Positions 11,653-20,504 of a stretch of DNA of 64,000 nucleotides are shown here, piece by piece. The notes under the pieces were generated by a model. The model saw only the letters and a program-made list of their open reading frames with translations. It was not told where the DNA came from and did no database searches. Made by a program: the position numbers and the translations under genes. The stretch is taken from the NCBI GenBank assembly GCA_009840385.1, contig VXNX01000003.1:21311-85310 (forward strand). The letters run 5' to 3'. This DNA comes from Candidatus Dadabacteria bacterium. GTDB taxonomy: Bacteria > Desulfobacterota_D > UBA1144 > Nemesobacterales > Nemesobacteraceae. Numbering within the stretch: the stretch's first letter is position 1; each line of letters begins with the position of its first letter.

Positions 11653-12048
11653 CTATTCGCCCGGCACGCAGTTTTTCCTGAGAAAATCGAATGTGTAGAA
11701 CCCGGTTTCGCACCAGTTCTTGCCTATAAACCTTATGGCGTAATTCCCCACGTACTCTATTCTCTCCGGTGTCATGTCGCTTTTTCCAAGGGGAATCCGT
11801 TTCTTAAACGGAAGTTTTCCGGTTCTGCTTTTCTTTCTGAGCCTCCTGCAGGTGGCGCATGGGCAGATCTCCCTGAGCTCGTCGTAGAACAGTATGCTTT
11901 CTTCCCCGTCATCCCAGACGATCTGGAGAGCTTTTTCTGTGAATTCGTTTATTTCCTTAGGTTTTACGCCCACGATACGATATTCTACCCGTCCGTTTGG
12001 CTGCAATCTAAGCACGGTTCCAATTCGCCGATATTGGCATGGTTTCAA
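11653..12048 (-). CDS. DUF971 (gamma-butyrobetaine hydroxylase-like N-terminal domain) protein
   Basis: The 131-aa product carries the DUF971 signature (IVWDDGEESILFYDELREICPCATC). The true start may be internal. Confidence 0.6.
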   Translation of the reverse strand: MKPCQYRRIGTVLRLQPNGRVEYRIVGVKPKEINEFTEKALQIVWDDGEESILFYDELREICPCATCRRLRKKSRTGKLPFKKRIPLGKSDMTPERIEYVGNYAIRFIGKNWCETGFYTFDFLRKNCVPGE

Positions 12049-12184
12049 TTGGCGGCCATCGCAGGTGCATCGGTTTTGGGCAGGGACAGATTCGGCGTTT
12101 TTAGCGGTCTGAATTCGTCTGCTGTCGACGGGCCGCAGTCAATTTGCGGACAGTTGGCGCAAGCGGTTATAATCAAATCTTGAA

Positions 12185-12949
12185 ATGAGCGAGCAGGAAC
12201 AGGACGCGCTCTCCGCGACAGTCAAGTGGGCCCAGGAGGCTTCCCAGATAGTTTTTCTTACAGGAGTTGAGCTTTCCCTTGAGGTCGGGCTGCCGGATGT
12301 TTCGGATCTTAGCTTTAATCCCGACATAGGAAAATTCAAGAATCGCCCGGAGGTCAGAAGGGAATACTGGGAAAAAATAAAGGACTTTTATCCCAGAATC
12401 TCGGAGGCGCGGCCTTCCCCAGCCCACGAAGCGATTTACGAGATGGAGTTTCTCTGTAACGTCGACTGCGTTTTGACCCAGGCGGCCGACGGCCTGCACA
12501 GTAAAACCGGCAGCGAAAAGATAATAGAGATATACTCGACGATAAACTGGGTCCACTGCCACGAATGCGGAAACGATTACCGCACCGACGGGATTCTGCT
12601 TTCCCTTGAGGACAGCAAAACCGGTATCCCGAAATGCAAGGAATGTCAAAGCGACCAGATGAAGCCTCCGATGTCTTTTCCGGGTCAGCCGCTTCCTCAC
12701 TGGGAGATAAGAGAATCGTGGATGAGGCTTCAGCACTGCGACCTTTTGATGATAGTCGGGGCGAATCTTGAAATCGAACCCGTGGCGTCCTTTCCCTTCC
12801 AGGTTATGAACAAGGGAAACAGGGTCGTTATCATCGGCGAGAGAAAAACCCCGGCTGATGACTATGTAAGCGCCGTCATATCCGGAAGCCCCAGCATGGT
12901 CATGCCGTACATAGTCGGTAAACTCAAAGAAATGCACACGGTTTCGTGA
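12185..12949 (+). CDS. Sir2-family protein with substituted catalytic and NAD-binding motifs (predicted inactive sirtuin homolog)
   Basis: The product aligns along its whole length to CobB/Sir2. Its motifs are changed: GAGIS becomes TGVELS, GIPDFR becomes GLPDVS, TQNIDxLH becomes TQAADGLH, and the catalytic ELHG becomes EIYST. The Zn-ribbon (CHEC...CKEC) and the C-terminal Rossmann half (LLMIVGANLEIEPVA) are retained. Confidence 0.65.
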   Translation: MSEQEQDALSATVKWAQEASQIVFLTGVELSLEVGLPDVSDLSFNPDIGKFKNRPEVRREYWEKIKDFYPRISEARPSPAHEAIYEMEFLCNVDCVLTQAADGLHSKTGSEKIIEIYSTINWVHCHECGNDYRTDGILLSLEDSKTGIPKCKECQSDQMKPPMSFPGQPLPHWEIRESWMRLQHCDLLMIVGANLEIEPVASFPFQVMNKGNRVVIIGERKTPADDYVSAVISGSPSMVMPYIVGKLKEMHTVS

Positions 12950-12986
12950 GCCCGGAGGGTCGTGTGAGGGGAACCGGAGAGCAGGC

Positions 12987-14480
12987 TTGTCTGTCGAAAT
13001 AAAAATGGATGACAAAAGCGTTGCCCAGGAGATGGAACGTTACGTTTCGAATCTCGACAGCGACATCTATACCATAAGCAATATTCCTGAAGAGGTCGTC
13101 GCCGTCATCTTCGCCTATGTGAGCAGAAGCCCCAAAAGTTTCAGGGAAAACATAGATACCGTGATACGGGAGCAGGAAATGGGGAGGGACAGGGCGGAGA
13201 AGTTCCATGAGAAGTGGGTTCTTAACTACGGCCATGCCTCTGTTGCGGAGCACGCTACCGTGCACATAGGCGTTGAAAGGGTTTCAAGGCTTTTTTCCTC
13301 CCTGCTTGAGTGCGCGAACGAATTTCTTTCGTTCACGGAATATTCGCAGAGATACCAGAGACCGCGCAAAGGCGACAATTACATTCCCGAAGAACTTGAC
13401 TCGCATCCGGCCCTTAAAAAGGAGTTCGAGGATCTCTGCGATTTTCAATATGAAGTTTATTCAAGGCTTAACGATGAGCTTTTCGATTTTCTGAAAAGAA
13501 AATTCCCCGTTCCCGAAGGCAAGGAGGAAAGACCTCACTTCAGAGCGCTTGAGAAAATAGCGTTTGAAGATGCAAGGTACGCACTTAATCTCTCCACCCT
13601 TACGAATCTCGGCATGACGGCAAACGCGAGAGCCATAGAACAGACCCTCTCTGCGCTTCTCTCAAGCCGCTACCTCGAGGCGAGGCGGAGGGCCGAGGAG
13701 ATAAAAAGCGAGGTCAGGTTCTCCGTTCCGACGCTCGTGAAATACGCCAACGAAAACCCTTACATAGTGAAAACTCGCGATGCGCTTGCGGAGTTCTCGC
13801 GCGGCCTTGGCGACGCGGAAAAAAACAGACCCCAAAACGGGTCATCGGTCACCCTTTTCGACTATACGGGGAAGGGAGGGGAAAATCCCCAGGCCGAGGC
13901 TTTGAGGGAGATCGCAAGAGGGCTTCTTTTCGAGTTCTCGGGACTTTCAGGCAGCGAGATAGAAAGGCATCTTTCTGAAAACACCTCCGAGCTCGAGAAA
14001 ATTTTCTCAATCGCGGTCGAGGCTCTCGGGAAACACGATAATCCGGCCGGGATATTCAAATCGGTCAATTACAACGCGGAGTTTGTCCTGAGCGAGGCTG
14101 CGTGGCATCAGCTGCTCAGGCACAGGAAAGTCAACTGGACCATAAAGGAGCCTTCTGTCGATGAGGGCGTTACGATTCCCCCGCACGTTACGGAATCAGG
14201 AACCGAGGAACTTCTGCTCGGGGCCGTAGCGCGAAGCGAGAATTTCTACGAAAAGCTCATCGACGCCGGTTTTGACGATATCGCAAGCTATGTTGTCACA
14301 AACGCCCATAACAGGAGGGTTTCGGGCAGTTTCGATCTCTGGGAGCTCTACCACCTGACGAACCTGCGAATGTCCGAGGGGGCACAATGGGATATAAGGA
14401 ATGTAGTTGAGCAGCTTGCCCGGAGCATTGAGGAAGTTCATCCGGTCTTCGTCCAATCCGCTCTGCAGAGAGTCGAGTGA
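12987..14480 (+). CDS. ThyX-like protein (flavin-dependent thymidylate synthase fold), fused two-domain form
   Basis: The 497-aa product has two ThyX-like halves. Half 1 (about residues 30-260) has GHASVAEHATVHIGVERVSR and SQRY, but the RHR position reads ECA. Half 2 (about residues 300-497) retains LLRHRKVNW but lacks the SxxQxSxRY segment. It ends with the ThyX C-terminal block RRVSGSFDLWELYHLTNLRMSEGAQWDIRNVVEQLA. Confidence 0.6.
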   Translation: MSVEIKMDDKSVAQEMERYVSNLDSDIYTISNIPEEVVAVIFAYVSRSPKSFRENIDTVIREQEMGRDRAEKFHEKWVLNYGHASVAEHATVHIGVERVSRLFSSLLECANEFLSFTEYSQRYQRPRKGDNYIPEELDSHPALKKEFEDLCDFQYEVYSRLNDELFDFLKRKFPVPEGKEERPHFRALEKIAFEDARYALNLSTLTNLGMTANARAIEQTLSALLSSRYLEARRRAEEIKSEVRFSVPTLVKYANENPYIVKTRDALAEFSRGLGDAEKNRPQNGSSVTLFDYTGKGGENPQAEALREIARGLLFEFSGLSGSEIERHLSENTSELEKIFSIAVEALGKHDNPAGIFKSVNYNAEFVLSEAAWHQLLRHRKVNWTIKEPSVDEGVTIPPHVTESGTEELLLGAVARSENFYEKLIDAGFDDIASYVVTNAHNRRVSGSFDLWELYHLTNLRMSEGAQWDIRNVVEQLARSIEEVHPVFVQSALQRVE

Positions 14481-14493
14481 GGGAAAAAATCCG

Positions 14494-14712
14494 ATGTCGA
14501 TGAGTCCTGTAACAAGATGCGAGGAATGCGGTTACGAGACCACCGCGAAAACGGATATCTGCCTTTCCTGCGGGGAGAAGATTAGAGGAAAGATGAAAGG
14601 CGGCGTCAGGGGACTTCTTAGAAGCGTAATACTTATAGCGATCGCGGCTTACATCCTTTTGTCCGCTTTTAAGGTTTTCGGATTTTCGCCGGGGGCGGGG
14701 TATTATGGCTGA
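14494..14712 (+). CDS. small zinc-ribbon membrane protein
   Basis: The product has CEECGYE...CLSCGEK followed by one TM helix (LLRSVILIAIAAYILLSAF). The ATG at 14494 is downstream of the track start, and the 3' end overlaps the next gene by 8 bp. Confidence 0.45.
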   Translation: MSMSPVTRCEECGYETTAKTDICLSCGEKIRGKMKGGVRGLLRSVILIAIAAYILLSAFKVFGFSPGAGYYG

Positions 14713-15202
14713 TCCCGATCATGTCTCGAAACTAAAAGATGGTGCGGCCGCATGGAACCGGTGGCGGGAGGAAGAGCCGGATGTTCTGCCGGATCTCGGC
14801 TGGGCGAATATTAACGGGCTTGATCTTGACGGCGCGGTATTTGCCGGGGCGGTTCTCAAGCTTGCTTTCTGCAAGGGGTGCAGTCTGGTGGGTGCGGATT
14901 TCTCAGGGGCGAGCATGCGTGGAGTAAACTTCGAGGGATGCGATCTTCGCGGTGCTGTATTCAGGGGTGCCAACCTTGAGGGAGCCCACATGCTCGGGGC
15001 CGATCTCACGGGCGCCGATTTCGCGGGCGCAAACCTCAAGCTTGCGAATTTTGACGGGGCGATTCTGAGGGATGCAGACCTTACGGGTGCGAAAAAACTG
15101 CGGGCTCCGCAGCTCTTCGCTCTCAAGGACCTTCAGAATCTCAAGGTTTCAGACGCAATCCTTGAGAAGGTAAAAGACAAGTCCCCGCATCTGTTTGAGT
15201 GA
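14705..15202 (+). CDS. pentapeptide-repeat protein
   Basis: The 165-aa product has tandem A(D/N)LxG pentapeptides (GADFSGASMRGVNFEGCDLRGAVFRGANLEGAHMLGADLTGADFAGANL). Confidence 0.75.
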   Translation: MADPDHVSKLKDGAAAWNRWREEEPDVLPDLGWANINGLDLDGAVFAGAVLKLAFCKGCSLVGADFSGASMRGVNFEGCDLRGAVFRGANLEGAHMLGADLTGADFAGANLKLANFDGAILRDADLTGAKKLRAPQLFALKDLQNLKVSDAILEKVKDKSPHLFE

Positions 15203-15309
15203 GCTTTTCAGACAGGAAGGTTTTTTTGAAACTTTTTCGCATCCTTTGATACCCAAGTGGTCTCGGCGCCTTGCCAACGCCCATCCGACCGATTAATTTA
15301 CGTTTAACA

Positions 15310-16461
15310 ATGGACAGGAAAATCTATAGCGTATCGGAACTCAATTCCTCGATAAAAGAGGCGATTGAGCTTGAGTTCGGAGGGGAGACGATATGGGTTG
15401 CCGGAGAGATTTCCGGTTTCAAGGGGCATTACGCAAGCGGCCACTGGTACTTTTCCCTTAAGGATGAGCAGAGCCAGATCTCCGCTGCCTGCTTCAGAAG
15501 AGACAACCAGCAGATAAAGTTCACGCCGGAGAACGGGATGGATGTCATATGCGCCGCGCGGGTTGGGGTTTACGAGAAAAGCGGCGTTTACCAGCTTTAC
15601 GTAAGCGCCATGGAGCCCAGAGGTATCGGTGCCGACGCGCTGGCGCTTGAGAAACTGAAGCAGAAGCTTTCAGAAGAAGGGCTTTTCGACATCTCGAAAA
15701 AACGCCCCCTCCCGTTTCTCTCCCGTAAAATAGGAGTGGTTACCTCCCCCTCGGGAGCCGCCGTAAGAGACGTAATAAAGGTCGTATACAGAAGGTCTCC
15801 CAACGTTGAGGTGATTATTTCCCCCGCAAGCGTTCAGGGAGACGGTGCACCGGCTGAGATAGTCAGGGCCCTTGAGAGGCTCTACGCCATGGAGGGTCTG
15901 GACCTTGTGATCGTAACCAGGGGAGGGGGGTCAAAAGAAGATCTAAAGGCTTTTAACGACGAGGGAGTCGCCAGAAAAATTGCCGCTTCTCCTTTCCCGG
16001 TGATCTCTGCGGTGGGTCACGAAGTGGATGTGACCATAGCCGATCTCGTATCCGACGTGAGGGCGGCTACGCCTTCGATGGCAGCCGAGCTTGCCGTAAG
16101 GGAGAAAAGAGAGATTCTCGAAGATCTTGTGCAGTTTCGCCGCCGCCTCGATCGCTCCCTCACAAACCGCGTCGATATGTTCTCCATGCAGCTTGACGGA
16201 TACGCAAACAGCTTCAGACATCACATGACCTCGCGAATTGAGAACCTCGAGCGCCGCATCGAGAACTATTCCGGAAAACTGGATTCCCTCAATCCTTTCG
16301 GTGTTCTGCGGAGGGGATACGCCATTGTTTCAAGAGAGAAAAACGGCGAGATAGTAGAGGATTCCCGAACGCTTGAGCAGGAGGAAAAACTCATCTTAAG
16401 GCTAAGCAGAGGCAGGGCGTTTTGCAGTGTTGAGGGGACAGAGGACGAACCGCAGGCCTGA
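15310..16461 (+). CDS. xseA: exodeoxyribonuclease VII large subunit
   Basis: The product has an OB-fold N-terminus (IYSVSELNSSIKEAIE...IWVAGEISGFKGHYASGHWYFSLKD) followed by the XseA catalytic domain. The likely start is the ATG at 15310. Confidence 0.88.
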   Translation: MDRKIYSVSELNSSIKEAIELEFGGETIWVAGEISGFKGHYASGHWYFSLKDEQSQISAACFRRDNQQIKFTPENGMDVICAARVGVYEKSGVYQLYVSAMEPRGIGADALALEKLKQKLSEEGLFDISKKRPLPFLSRKIGVVTSPSGAAVRDVIKVVYRRSPNVEVIISPASVQGDGAPAEIVRALERLYAMEGLDLVIVTRGGGSKEDLKAFNDEGVARKIAASPFPVISAVGHEVDVTIADLVSDVRAATPSMAAELAVREKREILEDLVQFRRRLDRSLTNRVDMFSMQLDGYANSFRHHMTSRIENLERRIENYSGKLDSLNPFGVLRRGYAIVSREKNGEIVEDSRTLEQEEKLILRLSRGRAFCSVEGTEDEPQA

Positions 16462-16464
16462 TTT

Positions 16465-17460
16465 TCAGGGAACGACGGAAAGACTCTTGAGTTCGACGAC
16501 GGATATGTTCTGTGCGTACAGGCGGTCCTGTGTTCTCTCGGGCGGGGATAAGTCCGTAAGTATCAGCCTTATTCTTCCGCCGAGATCGCTTCTTAGATTT
16601 TTCGCCGAACCGTTTTCGTCGCAAAGCCTGTTAACGACATTTTCAATCTCGGTGCCCGAAAGAAAAAGCATTACAGGCATTATCTCCGGGGCATCCGCGA
16701 AAAAATCCTCCGGGGCATCCGCGATGGCTCCCCTGGCTGCGGTCTGCAGGTTGAGGAGGTTGGCGAATTTCGAAAAAGAACCGCCGCGGGGAAGGTAGGA
16801 AAACGTCTGATCCTCAATGGAGACCGTTCCCAGATCCTGTTCTGATAGACGCAGGAGGTCGAGTATGTCCCCATGGGAAAAGACCCTGCTCTCATCGGGG
16901 GCGCCTCCTGCATTGAATATTACGGCCTCTGAGTCTTCCTTTACCGAACTTCCAAGCGCGCTTATCTCGTCCTTGAGCTTTTTCCTGGCGAGAAAGCCGA
17001 ATTTCACGACATTTGCGTAGCTGACTATTTCTTCCTCCACTGGAACCCTCTGGTTTACGCTGAGAAAGGCTTTTTCCACTTTTTCTCCGAGCATGGGGTC
17101 CCCGACCAGCTCCCGCGCGTCATCTATGCTTGCGGAGAGAAAAAAGCAGTCTCCAGCCGAGACCTCGAGGATATCCCTTGCTTCCTTGATGCTCCTTGCA
17201 GGCAGGGATATCCCCCCGAGCGTGAATACGGCAAGTTCGAAAAAAAGGCACGCCAGGGTGTTAGGCGAGAGAACAATAACCCTGCTTCCGGTGGAGAACC
17301 CCGAATTCAGAAGAAAACAGGCTATGCTTTCAACCTCGGTCACAAGATCGGGCCAGGTGATCTGTTTCCAGCTCCACCCGTCTTTTTTCTGAAACAGCAG
17401 CCTTGAGCCGTTTTCCTTCGTTCTTTGCGCAAGGAAATTGTGAAAATTCCTTTCTTCCAT
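16465..17460 (-). CDS. AMP-binding (acyl-CoA synthetase-like) N-terminal-domain protein, truncated or degenerate
   Basis: The N-terminus resembles FadD-type ligases (ITWPDLVTEVESIACFLLNSGFSTGSRVIVLSPNTLACLFFELAVFTLGGISLP). The P-loop position reads NAGGAPDE instead of TSGTTGxPKG. The protein is only 331 aa (about half length) and contains an in-frame 24-bp tandem duplication at 16684-16722. Confidence 0.45.
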   Translation of the reverse strand: MEERNFHNFLAQRTKENGSRLLFQKKDGWSWKQITWPDLVTEVESIACFLLNSGFSTGSRVIVLSPNTLACLFFELAVFTLGGISLPARSIKEARDILEVSAGDCFFLSASIDDARELVGDPMLGEKVEKAFLSVNQRVPVEEEIVSYANVVKFGFLARKKLKDEISALGSSVKEDSEAVIFNAGGAPDESRVFSHGDILDLLRLSEQDLGTVSIEDQTFSYLPRGGSFSKFANLLNLQTAARGAIADAPEDFFADAPEIMPVMLFLSGTEIENVVNRLCDENGSAKNLRSDLGGRIRLILTDLSPPERTQDRLYAQNISVVELKSLSVVP

Positions 17461-17550
17461 CTTTCTTCTTCGGACCGCCTTTGCGGATTGTGATTCGGGT
17501 AAAATTAAAAACTATAATTTAACCGGTTTGCGCGCCAGAGTGACGAATTT

Positions 17551-18906
17551 ATGAAAAGGGAACTTGATTTTGAGAAGAAAAATTTTGCGGGGGCGCTTGA
17601 GATAGTAAAGACCCTCGGGGAAAAGGGACACGAAGCCTTTTTCGTGGGAGGCTGCGTGCGCGACGCCCTGCTCGGCGTTGCGTGCGAGGAGATCGATATA
17701 GCCACAAGCGCGACCCCACAGGAGGTGCAGCAGGCGTTTGCGAAAACCGTGGCCGTGGGGGAAAGCTTCGGCGTGGTGCTCGTAATAAGAGGAGACCTGA
17801 AATTCGAAGTCGCCACTTTCAGGCGGGAATCAAGGTACGGTGACGGAAGACATCCTGAATCCGTCGATTACACGAAAAGTCCCGAGGAGGATGTTCGGAG
17901 AAGGGATTTTACTATAAACGGAATGCTCTACGATCCGCTCTCAGGAGAGCTTTACGATTACGTGGAAGGTCTCGAAGACCTTGAGCGCAGGCTGGTCAGG
18001 ACCATAGGAGATCCCGAGAAGAGATTCGGCGAAGACAGGCTGAGAATGATGAGGGCGGTGCGCTTCACCTCATGTCTCGGTTTCGAGCTTGACGGGGCGG
18101 CACTTTCGGCCATCCGTGACGGGGCTTCCGGAATATCCGTTGTGAGCGGGGAGAGAATACGCGAGGAACTTGTCAAGATACTCACCCGCCAGAACCCGGG
18201 GGACGGACTCAGACTTCTTAGCTCCTGCGGTCTTCTCGAGCATTTTCTCCCGGAAGTCGAATGCATGCATGGGGTGCAGCAACCCCCTCAGTTTCACCCC
18301 GAAGGCGACGTGTTTGACCACACCTGTCTGGTAATGGACAAGCTCTATGCCAACACGGACGGCAGCTACTCGGAGGAGCTTGCGGTTGCCGCGCTTCTCC
18401 ATGACGTCGGCAAGCCGCCCACTTACAGCGAATCCGACAGGATAAGGTTCAACGGACACGACAGGGTGGGAGCCAAGATGTCGGAAGATATCTGCAGGAG
18501 GCTGAGATTTTCCAAAAAGCAGATAAGGAGAATTTCGGAACTTATCCTGGAGCACCTCAAGTTCAAGGATGTTTTCAACATGAGAGAAAGCACCCTCAAG
18601 AAATTTCTTTCCCTTCCGTATTTTGAGGAGCATATGGAGATGCATCTTGCCGACTGCATGGCAAGTCACGGGAAAACAGACGCCTACGATTTCATACGGG
18701 AAAAGATGAAAGAGTATGGGCGTGAGGAGATAAAGCCCACACCGCTTCTCGCCGGGCAGGATCTTATAGATCTCGGCTATTCTCCGGGACCCGTTTTTTC
18801 AGAAATACTTGGGCAGGTTGAAGAACTGCAGCTTGAGAACAGGCTGTCCTCCAAAGAAGAAGCCGTAGAGTTTGTCCTGAAGAATTACCCCGCCAGCCGC
18901 AGTTAG
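17551..18906 (+). CDS. cca: CCA-adding tRNA nucleotidyltransferase with a C-terminal HD domain
   Basis: The 451-aa product has the PolyA-polymerase head domain (GHEAFFVGGCVRDALLG, DIDIAT, RRDFTINGMLYD) and an HD domain (LHDVGKP). Confidence 0.88.
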   Translation: MKRELDFEKKNFAGALEIVKTLGEKGHEAFFVGGCVRDALLGVACEEIDIATSATPQEVQQAFAKTVAVGESFGVVLVIRGDLKFEVATFRRESRYGDGRHPESVDYTKSPEEDVRRRDFTINGMLYDPLSGELYDYVEGLEDLERRLVRTIGDPEKRFGEDRLRMMRAVRFTSCLGFELDGAALSAIRDGASGISVVSGERIREELVKILTRQNPGDGLRLLSSCGLLEHFLPEVECMHGVQQPPQFHPEGDVFDHTCLVMDKLYANTDGSYSEELAVAALLHDVGKPPTYSESDRIRFNGHDRVGAKMSEDICRRLRFSKKQIRRISELILEHLKFKDVFNMRESTLKKFLSLPYFEEHMEMHLADCMASHGKTDAYDFIREKMKEYGREEIKPTPLLAGQDLIDLGYSPGPVFSEILGQVEELQLENRLSSKEEAVEFVLKNYPASRS

Positions 18907-19068
18907 CGGTTTTTGTCCGGGTTTCACCTGCAATTAACCGGAGCTGTTCCGTGGGTACACGGACATTTCCGTGATACGTCGGGTGAATAGCTGGTAAAAA
19001 GGCGGGAATCCACCATTGAGGAATTTTTCCGTACAAGATCTTGTAGGAAAAAAGAGGTAGCAAAAAAA

Positions 19069-19110
19069 GACGGGGAATGGCTCTTATGCTGCATTCCCCG
19101 TCCTTGTTTT
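19069..19110. terminator. bidirectional Rho-independent terminator between cca (+) and atpE (-)
   Basis: A perfect 11-bp stem (GACGGGGAATG ... CATTCCCCGTC) with a 12-nt loop is flanked by an A-run upstream and a T-run downstream. It sits between two convergent genes. Confidence 0.6.
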
Positions 19111-19122
19111 ATTGTATACGAG

Positions 19123-19449
19123 TCAGATTTTTCCCTGAAGCAGAAACGCTATCAGCAGGGCGTAGATTACCAGAGACTCGATCAGGGCGAGACCGATAAT
19201 CATTGGCGTCTGAATCTTCGCCGAAGCTCCGGGATTTCTGGCTATGCCGTCAACAGCTGAAGCCGTGGCGAGTCCCTGTCCTACTCCAGCAACGCCCGCG
19301 GCTATGCCTATTCCCACGCCGGCACCGATGCCAAGTCCCATTTTTGCCAGATCGCCTAGGCCCCCCTCGGTCGCAGCAAATGCGTCAGGAACGAAAGCGC
19401 CCAGCGAAACAAGCGCCGCCAGACCTATAAAAGAAAACAACCTTTTCAT
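19123..19449 (-). CDS. atpE: F0F1 ATP synthase subunit c
   Basis: The 108-aa product has two TM helices and the conserved hairpin ([27 protein letters not shown]), with the carboxylate in IESL. Confidence 0.9.
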   Translation of the reverse strand: MKRLFSFIGLAALVSLGAFVPDAFAATEGGLGDLAKMGLGIGAGVGIGIAAGVAGVGQGLATASAVDGIARNPGASAKIQTPMIIGLALIESLVIYALLIAFLLQGKI

Positions 19450-19470
19450 TTCTAACCTCCTAGATTTGTG

Positions 19471-20160
19471 TCAATGTTCATGCGCTTCGGCAAGCGCGAT
19501 ATATATGGTCGAAAGTATAGTGAATATAAAAGCCTGCAGAAAAGATACGAAAATACCGAGTCCCACGAAAGCCATTGGAATCAGTATATGCGTGAGGTTG
19601 GTAAACACCCCAAGCACCATGTGGTCGCCCGTTATGTTCATGAAAAGCCTGAGGGAGAGTGACAGGGGTCTTACGAGATGGCTTATCACCTCGATGATCA
19701 GCATGAGCGGTGCGAGGAAAATTACCGGGCCCAGAAAATGTTTGATGTAACCGAATCCGTGCTCTCTTATTCCGTAGTAGTTGTACATGACGAATATGAG
19801 AAGGGAGCACGCGACCGTGGTGTTAAGATTTCCGGTCGGCGGCAAAAAGCCCGGGACCATTCCCAGAAGGTTCGCGAACAGTATGAAGAAAAACGACCCG
19901 GCCAGAAGCGGGAAGTATTTCTTCGCTTTCTCTCGGGAACCAAACACGTTTTCAATCGTGTTGAAGAGAAACTCAAGTCCCACGAGTTCGAAGAAAATGT
20001 TCATCGACGGCTTCTCTTCGGGGATTACGGACTCTTCTTTCGAATAATGCTTAGTTGTCCTCAGGCCGACAAAAAGTATGAACAGAATTACGAGTACTCC
20101 GCCCAGAATATGGTCGTATTGTATGAGACCGGCTAGGGAAAACCAGCTGAAATGTTCCAT
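19471..20160 (-). CDS. atpB: F0F1 ATP synthase subunit a
   Basis: The 229-aa polytopic membrane protein has the conserved Arg region (LSLSLRLFMNITGDH). Confidence 0.88.
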   Translation of the reverse strand: MEHFSWFSLAGLIQYDHILGGVLVILFILFVGLRTTKHYSKEESVIPEEKPSMNIFFELVGLEFLFNTIENVFGSREKAKKYFPLLAGSFFFILFANLLGMVPGFLPPTGNLNTTVACSLLIFVMYNYYGIREHGFGYIKHFLGPVIFLAPLMLIIEVISHLVRPLSLSLRLFMNITGDHMVLGVFTNLTHILIPMAFVGLGIFVSFLQAFIFTILSTIYIALAEAHEH

Positions 20161-20162
20161 GT

Positions 20163-20504
20163 TTAGCCCTTCAAACCTTTACCTATTATTACTATCACCA
20201 CGGAAGTTAAGCCTATCATTAAACCATATATATTTAGTTTTGCAAATATGAGCAGAACCGCTATTATCGCAAGCAGCGCGAGCATTTTCATGACCAGTAT
20301 GAACATGGAAAACGCAAGCGAATATCTCTTCTCCGCAAGCGCCTTTACGATAAATTTTATGGCCACGTAATCGAGCAGAAAAAGCACTCCCGCAACGGCT
20401 ATGGCCACTGCGATCTCTTTTTCCCCGATGGCGATATTCACGGCGAAAAGAAGAGCCGTTACTGCCAGGGACACCTTCTCAACGCCGAGACTAAGATTTT
20501 TCAT
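20163..20504 (-). CDS. atpI: ATP synthase protein I-like small membrane protein
   Basis: The 113-aa hydrophobic protein lies directly upstream of atpB in the same orientation. Confidence 0.55.
   Translation of the reverse strand: MKNLSLGVEKVSLAVTALLFAVNIAIGEKEIAVAIAVAGVLFLLDYVAIKFIVKALAEKRYSLAFSMFILVMKMLALLAIIAVLLIFAKLNIYGLMIGLTSVVIVIIGKGLKG

Noticed and set aside
12173-13015. A 280-aa ORF on the minus strand.
   Set aside because: It is antisense to the Sir2-like gene and the start of the ThyX-like gene. There is no homology signal, and the sense-strand products align convincingly to known families.
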